Shown in pieces: positions 16,485 to 24,311 of a stretch of 36,158 nt of DNA. A program made the position numbers and the translations under genes. Under the pieces are notes generated by a model. The model had not been told where the DNA came from and did no database searches. It worked only from the letters and a program-made list of their open reading frames with translations. The stretch spans positions 1 through 36,158 of the IMG/VR virus record IMGVR_UViG_3300022697_000054; one strand, 5' to 3'. Numbering within the stretch: the stretch's first letter is position 1; each line of letters starts with the position of its first letter. This DNA is from a virus (Duplodnaviria; Caudoviricetes).

Positions 16485-16984
16485 CAATGAAAATCCCATT
16501 GACGCAAGGAAAGTTTGCGCTTATAGATGATGAAGATTACGACTTGGTGATCAGTTATTCATGGCACACACAGAAAGACATAAATAATTTTTATGCGGTT
16601 ACAACTACTACTAGGGTGCAGGGCAAGCGAACAACAATCTATATGCACAGATTGATTATGAACGCAAGAAGTGGATTACAGGTTGATCATATAAATCATA
16701 ACGGCCTCGATAACCGCCGTGAAAATCTACGATTATGCACACGCACTGAGAACTGTAGAAACCGACGAAAATATATTCGGGGTTCATCAATATATAAAGG
16801 GGTGTCTTGGTATACTCATTATAAAAAATGGCGAGCCCGAATCGAATGTGAGGGGAAACAGCTCCATCTTGGTTGGTTCAGCGATGAAGTAGAAGCGGCT
16901 GAGGTATACGATAAAGCCGCATTAAAATTATTTGGTGAATTCGCACATTTAAATTTCAATGTAAATGAGAAGTGCAATGTTTAA
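16481..16984 (+). CDS. HNH endonuclease with AP2 domain (free-standing homing-type)
   Basis: IPLTQGKFALIDDED, YMHRLI, VDHINHNGLDNRRENLR, YKGV, HLGWF...AAEVYDKAA..LFGEFA. Confidence 0.95.
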   Translation: MTMKIPLTQGKFALIDDEDYDLVISYSWHTQKDINNFYAVTTTTRVQGKRTTIYMHRLIMNARSGLQVDHINHNGLDNRRENLRLCTRTENCRNRRKYIRGSSIYKGVSWYTHYKKWRARIECEGKQLHLGWFSDEVEAAEVYDKAALKLFGEFAHLNFNVNEKCNV

Positions 16985-17015
16985 CAACGCTGGCGGTAGT
17001 AGTCAGCTATTTATG

Positions 17016-17083
17016 AGCGAGGCTTTAAGGTGGGCGGCATTTTATTAACCGCGCCGGTTACGGGAGCCGCCCGCCGCTTCGCT
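17016..17083 (+). other. Long GC-rich stem-loop upstream of an RBS
   Basis: AGCGAGGC/GCTTCGCT, GGTGGGCGGC/GCCGCCCGCC, TAACCG/CGGTTA. Confidence 0.55.
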
Positions 17084-17094
17084 ATGGAGGAGAT

Positions 17095-17313
17095 ATGCTA
17101 AAAGATGAGATTAAGAAACAATTACAACGAGTGCTAGCTCTCGCGTATGCGACTGGCCGCCATGACGGCGAAAATAAAATACTTGATGATTGGAGTAAGG
17201 CATTACCTGTCAATTTACACCCGAAAGGATCCATCACAAATACTGCGCCAATATTCAGAATATTGGAGATTGAAGATAAAGTTCTTAACAAACTGATAGA
17301 CGAAATAGAATGA
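17095..17313 (+). CDS. Hypothetical protein
   Basis: GGAGG RBS. Confidence 0.7.
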   Translation: MLKDEIKKQLQRVLALAYATGRHDGENKILDDWSKALPVNLHPKGSITNTAPIFRILEIEDKVLNKLIDEIE

Positions 17314-17378
17314 ACATTTTAATAGCGTGGCTACTGGCTAACGTAATAATAACCGCTTTTTTATTGGGGTGTAAATGA
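17310..17378 (+). CDS. 22-aa hydrophobic peptide MNILIAWLLANVIITAFLLGCK
   Basis: ATGA overlaps on both sides. Confidence 0.45.
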   Translation: MNILIAWLLANVIITAFLLGCK

Positions 17379-17653
17379 TGGGTAGTGGAATCTCAAAAGC
17401 ACCGTGGACTGTCGGGGACAATAAATATATATATGATGCGAATGGGGAAAATATCGCGTATATAGTACAGCCGAAAAAAAACGCCCGCCTGATAGCCGCC
17501 GCACCGGAACTGCTGGATATGCTCGAAACTATAGAGAATGATGCCGGCACCGTGCCCGTATGGTTGTGGAATAAAATTCAGGACGCAATCGCCAAAGCTG
17601 GCGGCAGAGATAAACCGAAATTACCGATAGACCCGAAAAACCCATACAAATAG
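17375..17653 (+). CDS. 'KAPW...NARLIAAAPEL' family phage protein, paralog 2
   Basis: ISKAPW, NARLIAAAPELL, AIAKAGG. Confidence 0.8.
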   Translation: MMGSGISKAPWTVGDNKYIYDANGENIAYIVQPKKNARLIAAAPELLDMLETIENDAGTVPVWLWNKIQDAIAKAGGRDKPKLPIDPKNPYK

Positions 17654-17659
17654 GAGTAA

Positions 17660-18424
17660 ATGATGGAAACCGAACTTAAAGTAGTGCAATGGTATTCCGA
17701 AGAGCGAAGCGAAGAGATTGACGAGATAACCAAAGCTTTAGCAAAAGTGCAGGGCGCGCTGGAGGGGGCGAACAAGGATGCAAAAGTTGGTTACGACACA
17801 AAAAAAGGCGGCGCGGTAAAATTTAAATATGCCGACCTGAAATCGGTATGGGAAGTTCTACGCAAGCCATTATCCGAAAACGCACTTGCGGTATTTCAAA
17901 CAATAAATGCTGGGTATCTATCTACCACGCTCGCACATGAATCCGGCCAATGGTTCAGAAGTAGCTATAAACTGCCCGCATACAGCACAATGCAGGCCTT
18001 GGGGAGCTTGATTACATATATGCGGAGATACCAACTTCAGTCGCTCACTGGTGTTTACGGCGAAGATGATGACGGACAGGCAGCAACTGCTAACAGCCCC
18101 GACGCCCCGATTGACGAAAAGACCGGTAAACCAAAAACGCTCCCGAAACGCCCGGATGATTTAAAAGAACGGTTGCGGTTGCATGATGCGGTTAAAGCTC
18201 GGCTGGGTGATTTTAGGGCGGCGTTCCCCGACAAGGCTCCGGCAATCGAGGATTTTCTCAAAAAAGATCATTCGCCAGAGATTTACCAACAGACGATTAA
18301 CAAGATGGACAGGGCTATAGCGGGGGTGGACGCACAGCGGGATACGCTCGAGTTGACCGTTGTTGAAGGCGAAGTAATGGATAAAGACAACCCGGATTCG
18401 CCGGATTATGACCCGTTTGGGTAG
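17660..18424 (+). CDS. erf: ERF-family single-strand annealing recombinase
   Basis: ALAKVQ, FKYADL, TTLAHESGQW, QALGSLITYMRRY, EDDDG. Confidence 0.92.
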   Translation: MMETELKVVQWYSEERSEEIDEITKALAKVQGALEGANKDAKVGYDTKKGGAVKFKYADLKSVWEVLRKPLSENALAVFQTINAGYLSTTLAHESGQWFRSSYKLPAYSTMQALGSLITYMRRYQLQSLTGVYGEDDDGQAATANSPDAPIDEKTGKPKTLPKRPDDLKERLRLHDAVKARLGDFRAAFPDKAPAIEDFLKKDHSPEIYQQTINKMDRAIAGVDAQRDTLELTVVEGEVMDKDNPDSPDYDPFG

Positions 18425-18432
18425 GAGGTAAA

Positions 18433-19161
18433 ATGAACGCAAATTTTGAAACAGTTATCGCCGAGGCGACGGCAGGTATCAATCCTCTTACAACTGAGAT
18501 AAACGACATGGTGATTTTATCTGCCGAAGATCGCGCGGATACGGCTGAAATGATTACGCAATGCAAGCGGATTGAAAAGCAGTTAAAGGCAGTTAAAGCC
18601 GAGTTTATCAAACCGCTGAAAGACCGTGTAAAGAGTATGGAGATTGCGATTAAGCCGTTTGAGATTCAGTTAAAGGCCAATATCGCCAGCATCAAAAAAG
18701 CAAACGAGCGGTGGGACGTGAAACTGCTCGAAGCTGAACGCGCGAGAAAAGAGGAGTTTGAGACCGAGCAGAAGCGGAAAGCCGATGAGGCTCTTAAGAA
18801 GGTTATCAAAGCGAAGAAAGCGGGACAGGAAGCCGCAAAAGCCGATTTAAAGGCATTAACCCCGCAGGCGTACAAGTCCGAAGTAGCAACCCATGAAACA
18901 ACGGCAGGCAATTCCACGGCCCGGCTGGTGGATAAATGGCGCATCATCCTGCCGGACGGTAGCGAGTGGGATAAGAAGAGCCGGTTAAACGCATTGCAGT
19001 TTTTTGAGGGTGGTGCTCAAGGCTTGGCAGTGGGTTGGGGAATAACACAATATTTGCAGGTTGATGCAGTGGCAATAAACGAAGCATTTAAAAAAGGCGA
19101 ACGGAATCATCTTCCGCATTTCGTAGAAGTTTATCAAGGCACAAGGGAGGTAGTGAGATGA
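18433..19161 (+). CDS. Coiled-coil protein (possibly Gp157/Gam-like)
   Basis: Long K/E/A-rich coiled coil between ERF and SSB; GGAGG RBS. Confidence 0.6.
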   Translation: MNANFETVIAEATAGINPLTTEINDMVILSAEDRADTAEMITQCKRIEKQLKAVKAEFIKPLKDRVKSMEIAIKPFEIQLKANIASIKKANERWDVKLLEAERARKEEFETEQKRKADEALKKVIKAKKAGQEAAKADLKALTPQAYKSEVATHETTAGNSTARLVDKWRIILPDGSEWDKKSRLNALQFFEGGAQGLAVGWGITQYLQVDAVAINEAFKKGERNHLPHFVEVYQGTREVVR

Positions 19162-19496
19162 ATAAAGCATTTATTTCAGGACGATTAACCCGCAAGCCGG
19201 AGCTTCGCTACACTGGTTCCGAGAAGGCAGTCTGCAATCTAAACATTGCCAACAATGACAAGAAAGACGAACCGCTTTTTATAGATTGTGTCGCATGGGA
19301 GGAGCAAGCCGAAGCCTGCGCCAAATATCTTGACAAAGGGTCAAAGGTACTCATTGATGGTTCTCTCAACATCCGCACATGGGAGAAGGACGGCGTCAAG
19401 CGAAAGACCGCGGAGATTAAGGCGCATCGGGTGGAGTTCTTGGACACGCCTAACAGTAAGACCCCTCCTGATGCTGATGACGGGGTGCCGTTCTAG
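19158..19496 (+). CDS. ssb: Single-stranded DNA-binding protein
   Basis: MNKAFISGRLTRKPELRYT, CVAW..QAE, KGSKVLIDG, acidic DDGVPF tail. Confidence 0.97.
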   Translation: MNKAFISGRLTRKPELRYTGSEKAVCNLNIANNDKKDEPLFIDCVAWEEQAEACAKYLDKGSKVLIDGSLNIRTWEKDGVKRKTAEIKAHRVEFLDTPNSKTPPDADDGVPF

Positions 19497-19618
19497 TGGA
19501 ACGCTTCATACGATTTTTAATCAAGCGGTTTCTGCCGGGGTTCCATTTGCGGAGAAATCCGTTGTCTGGGAAAATGCGCCGTCCGAAACCGTGGCCGAAA
19601 CCACCCGCGCCGGGCAGT
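19496..19618 (+). ncRNA. Candidate structured RNA downstream of ssb
   Basis: GTGGAAC/GTTCCAT, GCGGA-GAAA-TCCGT, GTGG-CCGAAA-CCAC and CCGAAACC twice. Confidence 0.35.
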
Positions 19619-19631
19619 AAGGGTAAGGGGC

Positions 19632-19886
19632 ATGAATAAGCGATGCGAGAACTGCGGATGGTGGAAGCAGGAAAACAAGTAGTGCGATTATTTAGAGGAA
19701 GCTGCTACAGCTAACGAATCCTGCCCTCAATTTGAAGATATAGACGAAGCCCGTGAAGAAGTATTGAGAGAGGAAGAATCCGATAGAATGACAGATTTGG
19801 AGTTTGAAAAGTATTTTAATTTTTATCTGGACTCATATCTTGAGAAACAGGAAAAGAGAATATTGCAAACAAGGGAGAATAGATAA
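19632..19886 (+). pseudogene. Cys4 zinc-binding ORF interrupted by an in-frame TAG (19680-19682)
   Basis: MNKRCENCGWWKQENK*CDYLEE...SCPQFE...; frame runs to a TAATG overlap with the next gene. Confidence 0.65.
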
Positions 19887-20179
19887 TGAGTATTTCAAAA
19901 GCACCGTGGAAAATCAAGATGAATTGGCAAATAAAAGATGCCGAAGGGATGAGTGTAGCTGAAGTGCTTTATCGTATGGACGGGACTCATGACCAAAACG
20001 CCCGTATCATAACGGCCGCGCCGGAACTGCTGAGGGCGTTGAAGGAGATTCAGCTAAAAATAGAGAATCAACATGATAATAGACGCTTTTCTGACACAGT
20101 GGGAATTTTGAGGAATTTAATTGATGTTGACATTTGGCCGGTGGCTGAGAAAGCAATCGCCAAAGCGGAGGGAAAATGA
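19886..20179 (+). CDS. 'KAPW...NAR.I.AAPEL' family phage protein, paralog 3
   Basis: ISKAPW, NARIITAAPELL, AIAKAEG. Confidence 0.8.
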   Translation: MSISKAPWKIKMNWQIKDAEGMSVAEVLYRMDGTHDQNARIITAAPELLRALKEIQLKIENQHDNRRFSDTVGILRNLIDVDIWPVAEKAIAKAEGK

Positions 20180-20349
20180 ACTGCTCAAAGTGTGGTAAGG
20201 AATTAACGCACGGCGACCATGTGTTAGAAGTCGGCAGGGGATTTGTGGACAACACAACGGTATTTATCGAAAGGTCAGAAGCCGTGCTTTGCGATAACTG
20301 CGAAGAAGAGGTTATGCCCGCGTTCTGGGCTGATGTAAATGAAGATTGA
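20176..20349 (+). CDS. 57-aa zinc-ribbon protein (CSKC...CDNC)
   Basis: Read manually; GGAGG RBS; ATGA overlap. Confidence 0.7.
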   Translation: MNCSKCGKELTHGDHVLEVGRGFVDNTTVFIERSEAVLCDNCEEEVMPAFWADVNED

Positions 20350-21019
20350 AAAGCTGGATTGGCGAGAATATGTGGGGAATCTTCCCGATGCGAGCGTAGA
20401 TATGTTTTGTACCGACCCGCCGTATTGGACTTTGAACAAGTGGCGGGAGATAGGCACTACTACACGGCTCGGTGGGCATAAGGACGCTGATAAGCGCAAT
20501 AAAAGCAAATGGTTTGAAACGATAGACTCAAACGACCTATGGGAACTGATGAACGAAATATGGCGCGTTCTCAAAAACAATTCACACGCTTATATCTTCT
20601 GCGATGCGGAGACGCTTCGGTACGTTCTTTCATATGGCGATGATATGGACTGGCGGAAAGTAAAACCCCTGATATGGGATAAAGTTGCGCAGGGAATGGG
20701 ATATACCTACCGATGCAGGCATGAGTTTATTGTATTCATGGAGAAGGGAAATCGTCAATTAAACAGCCGCTCCATTCCCGATATTCTGACAGTAAAAAGA
20801 ATTTCGGACGGCTACCCCACCGAAAAGCCGGTTGATCTCATGGAAATATTGATTACGCAGTCTACAAAAGCCGGAGAGCTTGTCTGCGACCCGTTCTTCG
20901 GAAGCGGAAGCGTTGCTGTAGCCTGCCAGAATCTGAACCGGCATTTCACGGGTTGCGATATATCAGAAGCGGCGCATGAATATTTAAACGACCGCATGAA
21001 ACAGGGAGTGCTTTTGTAA
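20339..21019 (+). CDS. DNA methyltransferase, N6-A/N4-C beta class
   Basis: TDPPY precedes YPTEKP and DPFFGSGS; intact motifs. Confidence 0.93.
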   Translation: MKIEKLDWREYVGNLPDASVDMFCTDPPYWTLNKWREIGTTTRLGGHKDADKRNKSKWFETIDSNDLWELMNEIWRVLKNNSHAYIFCDAETLRYVLSYGDDMDWRKVKPLIWDKVAQGMGYTYRCRHEFIVFMEKGNRQLNSRSIPDILTVKRISDGYPTEKPVDLMEILITQSTKAGELVCDPFFGSGSVAVACQNLNRHFTGCDISEAAHEYLNDRMKQGVLL

Positions 21020-21024
21020 AATGT

Positions 21025-21122
21025 GGCGATGTAGCTCAAATGGCAGAGCGGTCGGGGAGCGCACAAGGGAAAGTTTTTTCCTTGTCTCCGGGAGTGTGTC
21101 GGTTCAAGCCCGACCATCGCCA
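21025..21122 (+). ncRNA. tRNA-like RNA with elongated non-canonical anticodon arm (pseudo-tRNA)
   Basis: Acceptor GGCGATG/CATCGCC, D-arm GCTC/GAGC, T-arm GTCGG-TTCAAGC-CCGAC; central GGAG..ACAAGG/CCTTGT-CTCC hairpin. Confidence 0.72.
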
Positions 21123-21155
21123 ACATTACTGAAAAGATGAAGAAAGAGGTTGAAG

Positions 21156-21458
21156 ATGAAAGTAATTAAGATTGATAGGTGTGCTGAATACGGTACTACG
21201 AGCGGGTGCCTTTGCTATGATAGTAGACAATGGATTGATGGTGCTTACATAGATAAACCCGGTTGTTTCAAAACAGAAAAATCTATTTCAGACATGGGGA
21301 AAATGATAGATGGCTTCCCGGAACAATGTCCGCTGGAGGATAATAAAGATACCAGCGACTTTGGCAATACCATTCTCTCTATCATCAATGGGGCTACGGA
21401 GTATAACTGGCATGATGTTCTCAATGAGATTAAACATCTTATATATAATCGGGATTAA
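21156..21458 (+). CDS. Hypothetical protein with Cys4 domain (start 21150 or 21156)
   Basis: C...C...C...FPEQCPL; GAGG RBS. Confidence 0.7.
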   Translation: MKVIKIDRCAEYGTTSGCLCYDSRQWIDGAYIDKPGCFKTEKSISDMGKMIDGFPEQCPLEDNKDTSDFGNTILSIINGATEYNWHDVLNEIKHLIYNRD

Positions 21459-21478
21459 AAGAAGTCCATGCTTTTGTA

Positions 21479-21679
21479 ATGCAAATGATAATAATCATAC
21501 TAGGTAACGGCATGGAGGTCGAGGGCGACTGTTGTTGTGGCCATGTCGAAATAACCGGACTGCTGTACGGTGGTGAGCGAACTCCGTTTAACGTACACGA
21601 TATCGAGAAGCGGTTTCAGATCGAATATGTCCGGGCAGTCTGCGCACGGATAAACGCCGAAAGCGGGAACGATGATTGA
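21479..21679 (+). CDS. Hypothetical protein
   Basis: ORF track; start uncertain. Confidence 0.45.
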   Translation: MQMIIIILGNGMEVEGDCCCGHVEITGLLYGGERTPFNVHDIEKRFQIEYVRAVCARINAESGNDD

Positions 21680-21797
21680 TTATCTGTTGTATCTGCACGA
21701 TTCCGCAGGCATACCTGCGAACCCGCTTAACGGGCTGTATCTTGTGGCGTTAGTGTTGACTGGCTGGCTGATTATGAGGTTTGCGCGGTGTGGATAA
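21672..21797 (+). CDS. 41-aa single-TM protein
   Basis: MIDYLL...GLYLVALVLTGWLIMRFARCG; overlaps both neighbours. Confidence 0.45.
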   Translation: MIDYLLYLHDSAGIPANPLNGLYLVALVLTGWLIMRFARCG

Positions 21798-21978
21798 TCC
21801 CAAAGAATTTAACACTATCGAATTATGCGCCGGATACGCTGGAATATCCCTCGGACTTAAACGAGTTATCCCAAATCTGCGCGTTATCGCTTACAGCGAG
21901 ATCGAAGCATTCGCCTGCGCGAACTTGGTCTCGAAGATGGAAGCGTGGCGAACTCTCTACGGAAGATTAAATGAATAA
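21781..21978 (+). pseudogene. N-terminal remnant of a C5-cytosine methyltransferase, with overlapping alternate-frame ORF 21788-21970
   Basis: IELCAGYAGISLGL...IAYSEIE (motifs I-II); ends before the catalytic PCQ motif. Confidence 0.75.
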
Positions 21979-22144
21979 ACCCACGCCCGCACAAATAGAC
22001 CGGCTCCGTGAACTGGCGATGATGCACAACAAACCGCGCTGGTATAGAAATTCGATAGTCCGGGCGGTTAAGCGGGAAGGGTTTACCCGGAAACAGGCGG
22101 CGGAGTTGATAAACGATTTGGAAATTAATATGGAGGCGGTATGA
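21971..22144 (+). CDS. 57-aa hypothetical protein (PTPAQI..L...TRKQAAELI)
   Basis: Read manually; ATGA overlap with the next gene. Confidence 0.65.
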   Translation: MNKPTPAQIDRLRELAMMHNKPRWYRNSIVRAVKREGFTRKQAAELINDLEINMEAV

Positions 22145-22698
22145 AAGATAAACCAATAATTTTTAACGGTCACAGTGTCCGGGCGATATTGGCAGGCATC
22201 AAAACGCAGACCAGGCGGATTATTAAACCACAGCCGGACGCAGAAGGTATCTGCTATGACATGGAGCGACAGGGATATTACGACACATCCGGTAGGCTAT
22301 ATAAATGTCCTTACGAAATCGGGCAGAAATTATGGGTTAGAGAGACGTGGTATTCCCCACCGCGCCCGTTGGCTGATTGTCTAGGATATGCCGCATTGGG
22401 TGAACACCCTATCCGCCAACCTTATCGTGTGCGTTCACCAATCCATTTAACCCGCCATGATTCCCGCATCACTCTTGAGATAACGGATATTCGGGCGCAA
22501 CAGATTCAGGATATCACAGAAGATGATGCGAAAGCGGAGGGTGCAGTGGTAAGCGATGCAGTAGAATTAGCCGACGGGGCGCCATGCTACACAGCCGATT
22601 TTCGGCGTATCTGGGAACGCATATATGGAATTGATAACCCGAAATCATGGAAGTCGAATCCGTGGGTTTGGGCGGTAATATTTGAGAGGGTGGCATGA
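22141..22698 (+). CDS. ASCH/PUA-like phage protein
   Basis: PIIFN...VRAIL.G.KTQTRR, LWVRETW, SRITLEIT, DAKAEG, NPWVWAV.F. Confidence 0.8.
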   Translation: MKDKPIIFNGHSVRAILAGIKTQTRRIIKPQPDAEGICYDMERQGYYDTSGRLYKCPYEIGQKLWVRETWYSPPRPLADCLGYAALGEHPIRQPYRVRSPIHLTRHDSRITLEITDIRAQQIQDITEDDAKAEGAVVSDAVELADGAPCYTADFRRIWERIYGIDNPKSWKSNPWVWAVIFERVA

Positions 22699-22913
22699 TC
22701 AAGCGCGGCGATAGAGTTATCTGCAAAGGGGTTCCGGCACCGGTTGGGCTGGTTCTCCGAGTATCTCCCAAAGGCAAATATCACGGGCATACAGGGTGGG
22801 CTGATGTTAGATGGCAGGGGTGGGTCGTAGAGTTTGTTGGAAGCGAATACTTTCGAGTATTCAGACAGTGGTCTAAACGGATGCCGTTAGCGTCGATTGC
22901 GTGGCTGATATGA
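22695..22913 (+). CDS. Hypothetical protein (SH3-like pattern)
   Basis: KRGDRV...G.V...ADVRW; coupled to neighbours. Confidence 0.6.
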   Translation: MIKRGDRVICKGVPAPVGLVLRVSPKGKYHGHTGWADVRWQGWVVEFVGSEYFRVFRQWSKRMPLASIAWLI

Positions 22914-23041
22914 AAAGACTTATCTGCTGGCTATTCGGGCATAGGTGGGAGGTGGTTAAGATACCGTTTTCTCCTAAATCATCAGCATGGTGTAGATGCT
23001 CTAAATGTGGCAAAACAATGTTGAGGGGGTTAGGTCTCTAA
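22910..23041 (+). CDS. 43-aa DUF1660-like zinc protein
   Basis: LICWLFGHRW...CSKCG; ATGA and TAATG coupling. Confidence 0.7.
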   Translation: MKRLICWLFGHRWEVVKIPFSPKSSAWCRCSKCGKTMLRGLGL

Positions 23042-23403
23042 TGTCAGAGCATTTAGAACAGGTAGCGTTATTCGATTATGCAGGGCATAAATGGTGGGGC
23101 GAAATGATGTTTGCCATACCGAACGGCGGGAACAGACATATCGTAACGGCCAAAAAGCTGAAGGCTGAAGGTGTTAAATCGGGTGTGCCGGATATTTTTC
23201 TTGCTATTCCTAAGTGGACGCTATCCCCAAACCGCCATATTATTTACACGGGGCTGTTTATTGAAATGAAGTTCGGTAAAAATAAACTTTCCGAGAATCA
23301 GAGAGGATGGGTTGCCCGGCTGAAATATAAAGAATACCGGGTCGCCGTCTGCTACGGTTTCGATGAAGCGAAAAAAGTGATTGAACAGTATTTGGAGGGA
23401 TGA
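23041..23403 (+). CDS. VRR-NUC domain nuclease
   Basis: EHLEQ, FAIPNGG.R, GVKSGVPD, LFIEMK, LSENQ..W. Confidence 0.92.
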   Translation: MSEHLEQVALFDYAGHKWWGEMMFAIPNGGNRHIVTAKKLKAEGVKSGVPDIFLAIPKWTLSPNRHIIYTGLFIEMKFGKNKLSENQRGWVARLKYKEYRVAVCYGFDEAKKVIEQYLEG

Positions 23404-23573
23404 TGGATAATTTATATTGCTCAACATGGTATGCGGTTTTAGCATCGGGGTTCTGTTTGCTGGTTGGGATTAAATGGATTTACACCAAGAAATATGACTC
23501 CGATAAAGCCTTTATAGGTATTTTGTTTTGGGTAATAAGTGATTTGTTTTTGCAAATATGGGAGTTGCAATGA
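23400..23573 (+). CDS. 57-aa two-TM membrane protein
   Basis: Read manually; GGAGG upstream; overlaps both neighbours. Confidence 0.55.
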   Translation: MMDNLYCSTWYAVLASGFCLLVGIKWIYTKKYDSDKAFIGILFWVISDLFLQIWELQ

Positions 23574-23782
23574 TGTTAGATTTTTTGAAAGACGAAATAT
23601 GGCTGGTTACGTTCTTCGGGGCGCATAATGGGAGCATCAGAGCGTTGTGCGAATGTACTCACGGGCAACGGCGCATCAGGAATGACATAATTATGACCGG
23701 CTACAAACGCGAAGAACTGGCAAAGCGCGCATGGAAACGATTTGCTAAAAAACACGGGATTACGAATTGGGAGTTTGTGTGA
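23570..23782 (+). CDS. Hypothetical protein
   Basis: ORF track; GGAG RBS. Confidence 0.6.
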   Translation: MMLDFLKDEIWLVTFFGAHNGSIRALCECTHGQRRIRNDIIMTGYKREELAKRAWKRFAKKHGITNWEFV

Positions 23783-23964
23783 TGAAAGTTAAAGAATTGA
23801 TTGAAAAACTGAAAACGATGGAGCCTGAATTAGATGTGTATATTGCCGGCGACCCGGAGGAAGATTTTGAATATTGGACGTTACACACGGCAAGGCAAAT
23901 CGCCATTGATCTCCCAGATGAAGATTTGATCGAAGAGCCGGTTGTTGTTCTGGAGAGAACCTGA
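23782..23964 (+). CDS. 'MKVKELIEKL' family small acidic phage protein
   Basis: MKVKELIEKLKTMEPELDV; TGATG coupling. Confidence 0.75.
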   Translation: MKVKELIEKLKTMEPELDVYIAGDPEEDFEYWTLHTARQIAIDLPDEDLIEEPVVVLERT

Positions 23965-24311
23965 TGAAAGCTAAGGGCAGGATGCTGGCGAGGATAGCTC
24001 ACGAGTGCAACGGTTGTTATTACTTCAAAACTGTTAACGTTGCCAATGTTGCTGAGATTGGCACTTGCCACAAATACCAGCAAGTCTTATATCATACATT
24101 GCGACTCACAAAGTGCGTAAGAGATTACCCCAACGGCTTCGCGTTTATAGCTGTGGAGGCTGATAAGCAAGCTGAGATTGAGCGGAGGGTTGGTCAAAAA
24201 GTTATGGAATGGATGGGGCAATATTCCACAGGCGCGGGCACTATATGGCCGTGGACTAAAATATCTGCACTGTTAGAGGATGCAACAAAAGAGGTCGAAG
24301 ATGAAATATAA
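23964..24311 (+). CDS. Hypothetical Cys-containing protein
   Basis: ORF track; TGATG coupling. Confidence 0.65.
   Translation: MKAKGRMLARIAHECNGCYYFKTVNVANVAEIGTCHKYQQVLYHTLRLTKCVRDYPNGFAFIAVEADKQAEIERRVGQKVMEWMGQYSTGAGTIWPWTKISALLEDATKEVEDEI

Noticed and set aside
19474-19502. CTGATGA as a hammerhead ribozyme core
   Set aside because: Stem II is not followed by GAAA, and the sequence encodes the SSB acidic tail
19680-19682. Genome-wide amber recoding
   Set aside because: erf, ssb and other genes end properly at TAG, core genes are intact in the standard code, and there is no suppressor tRNA
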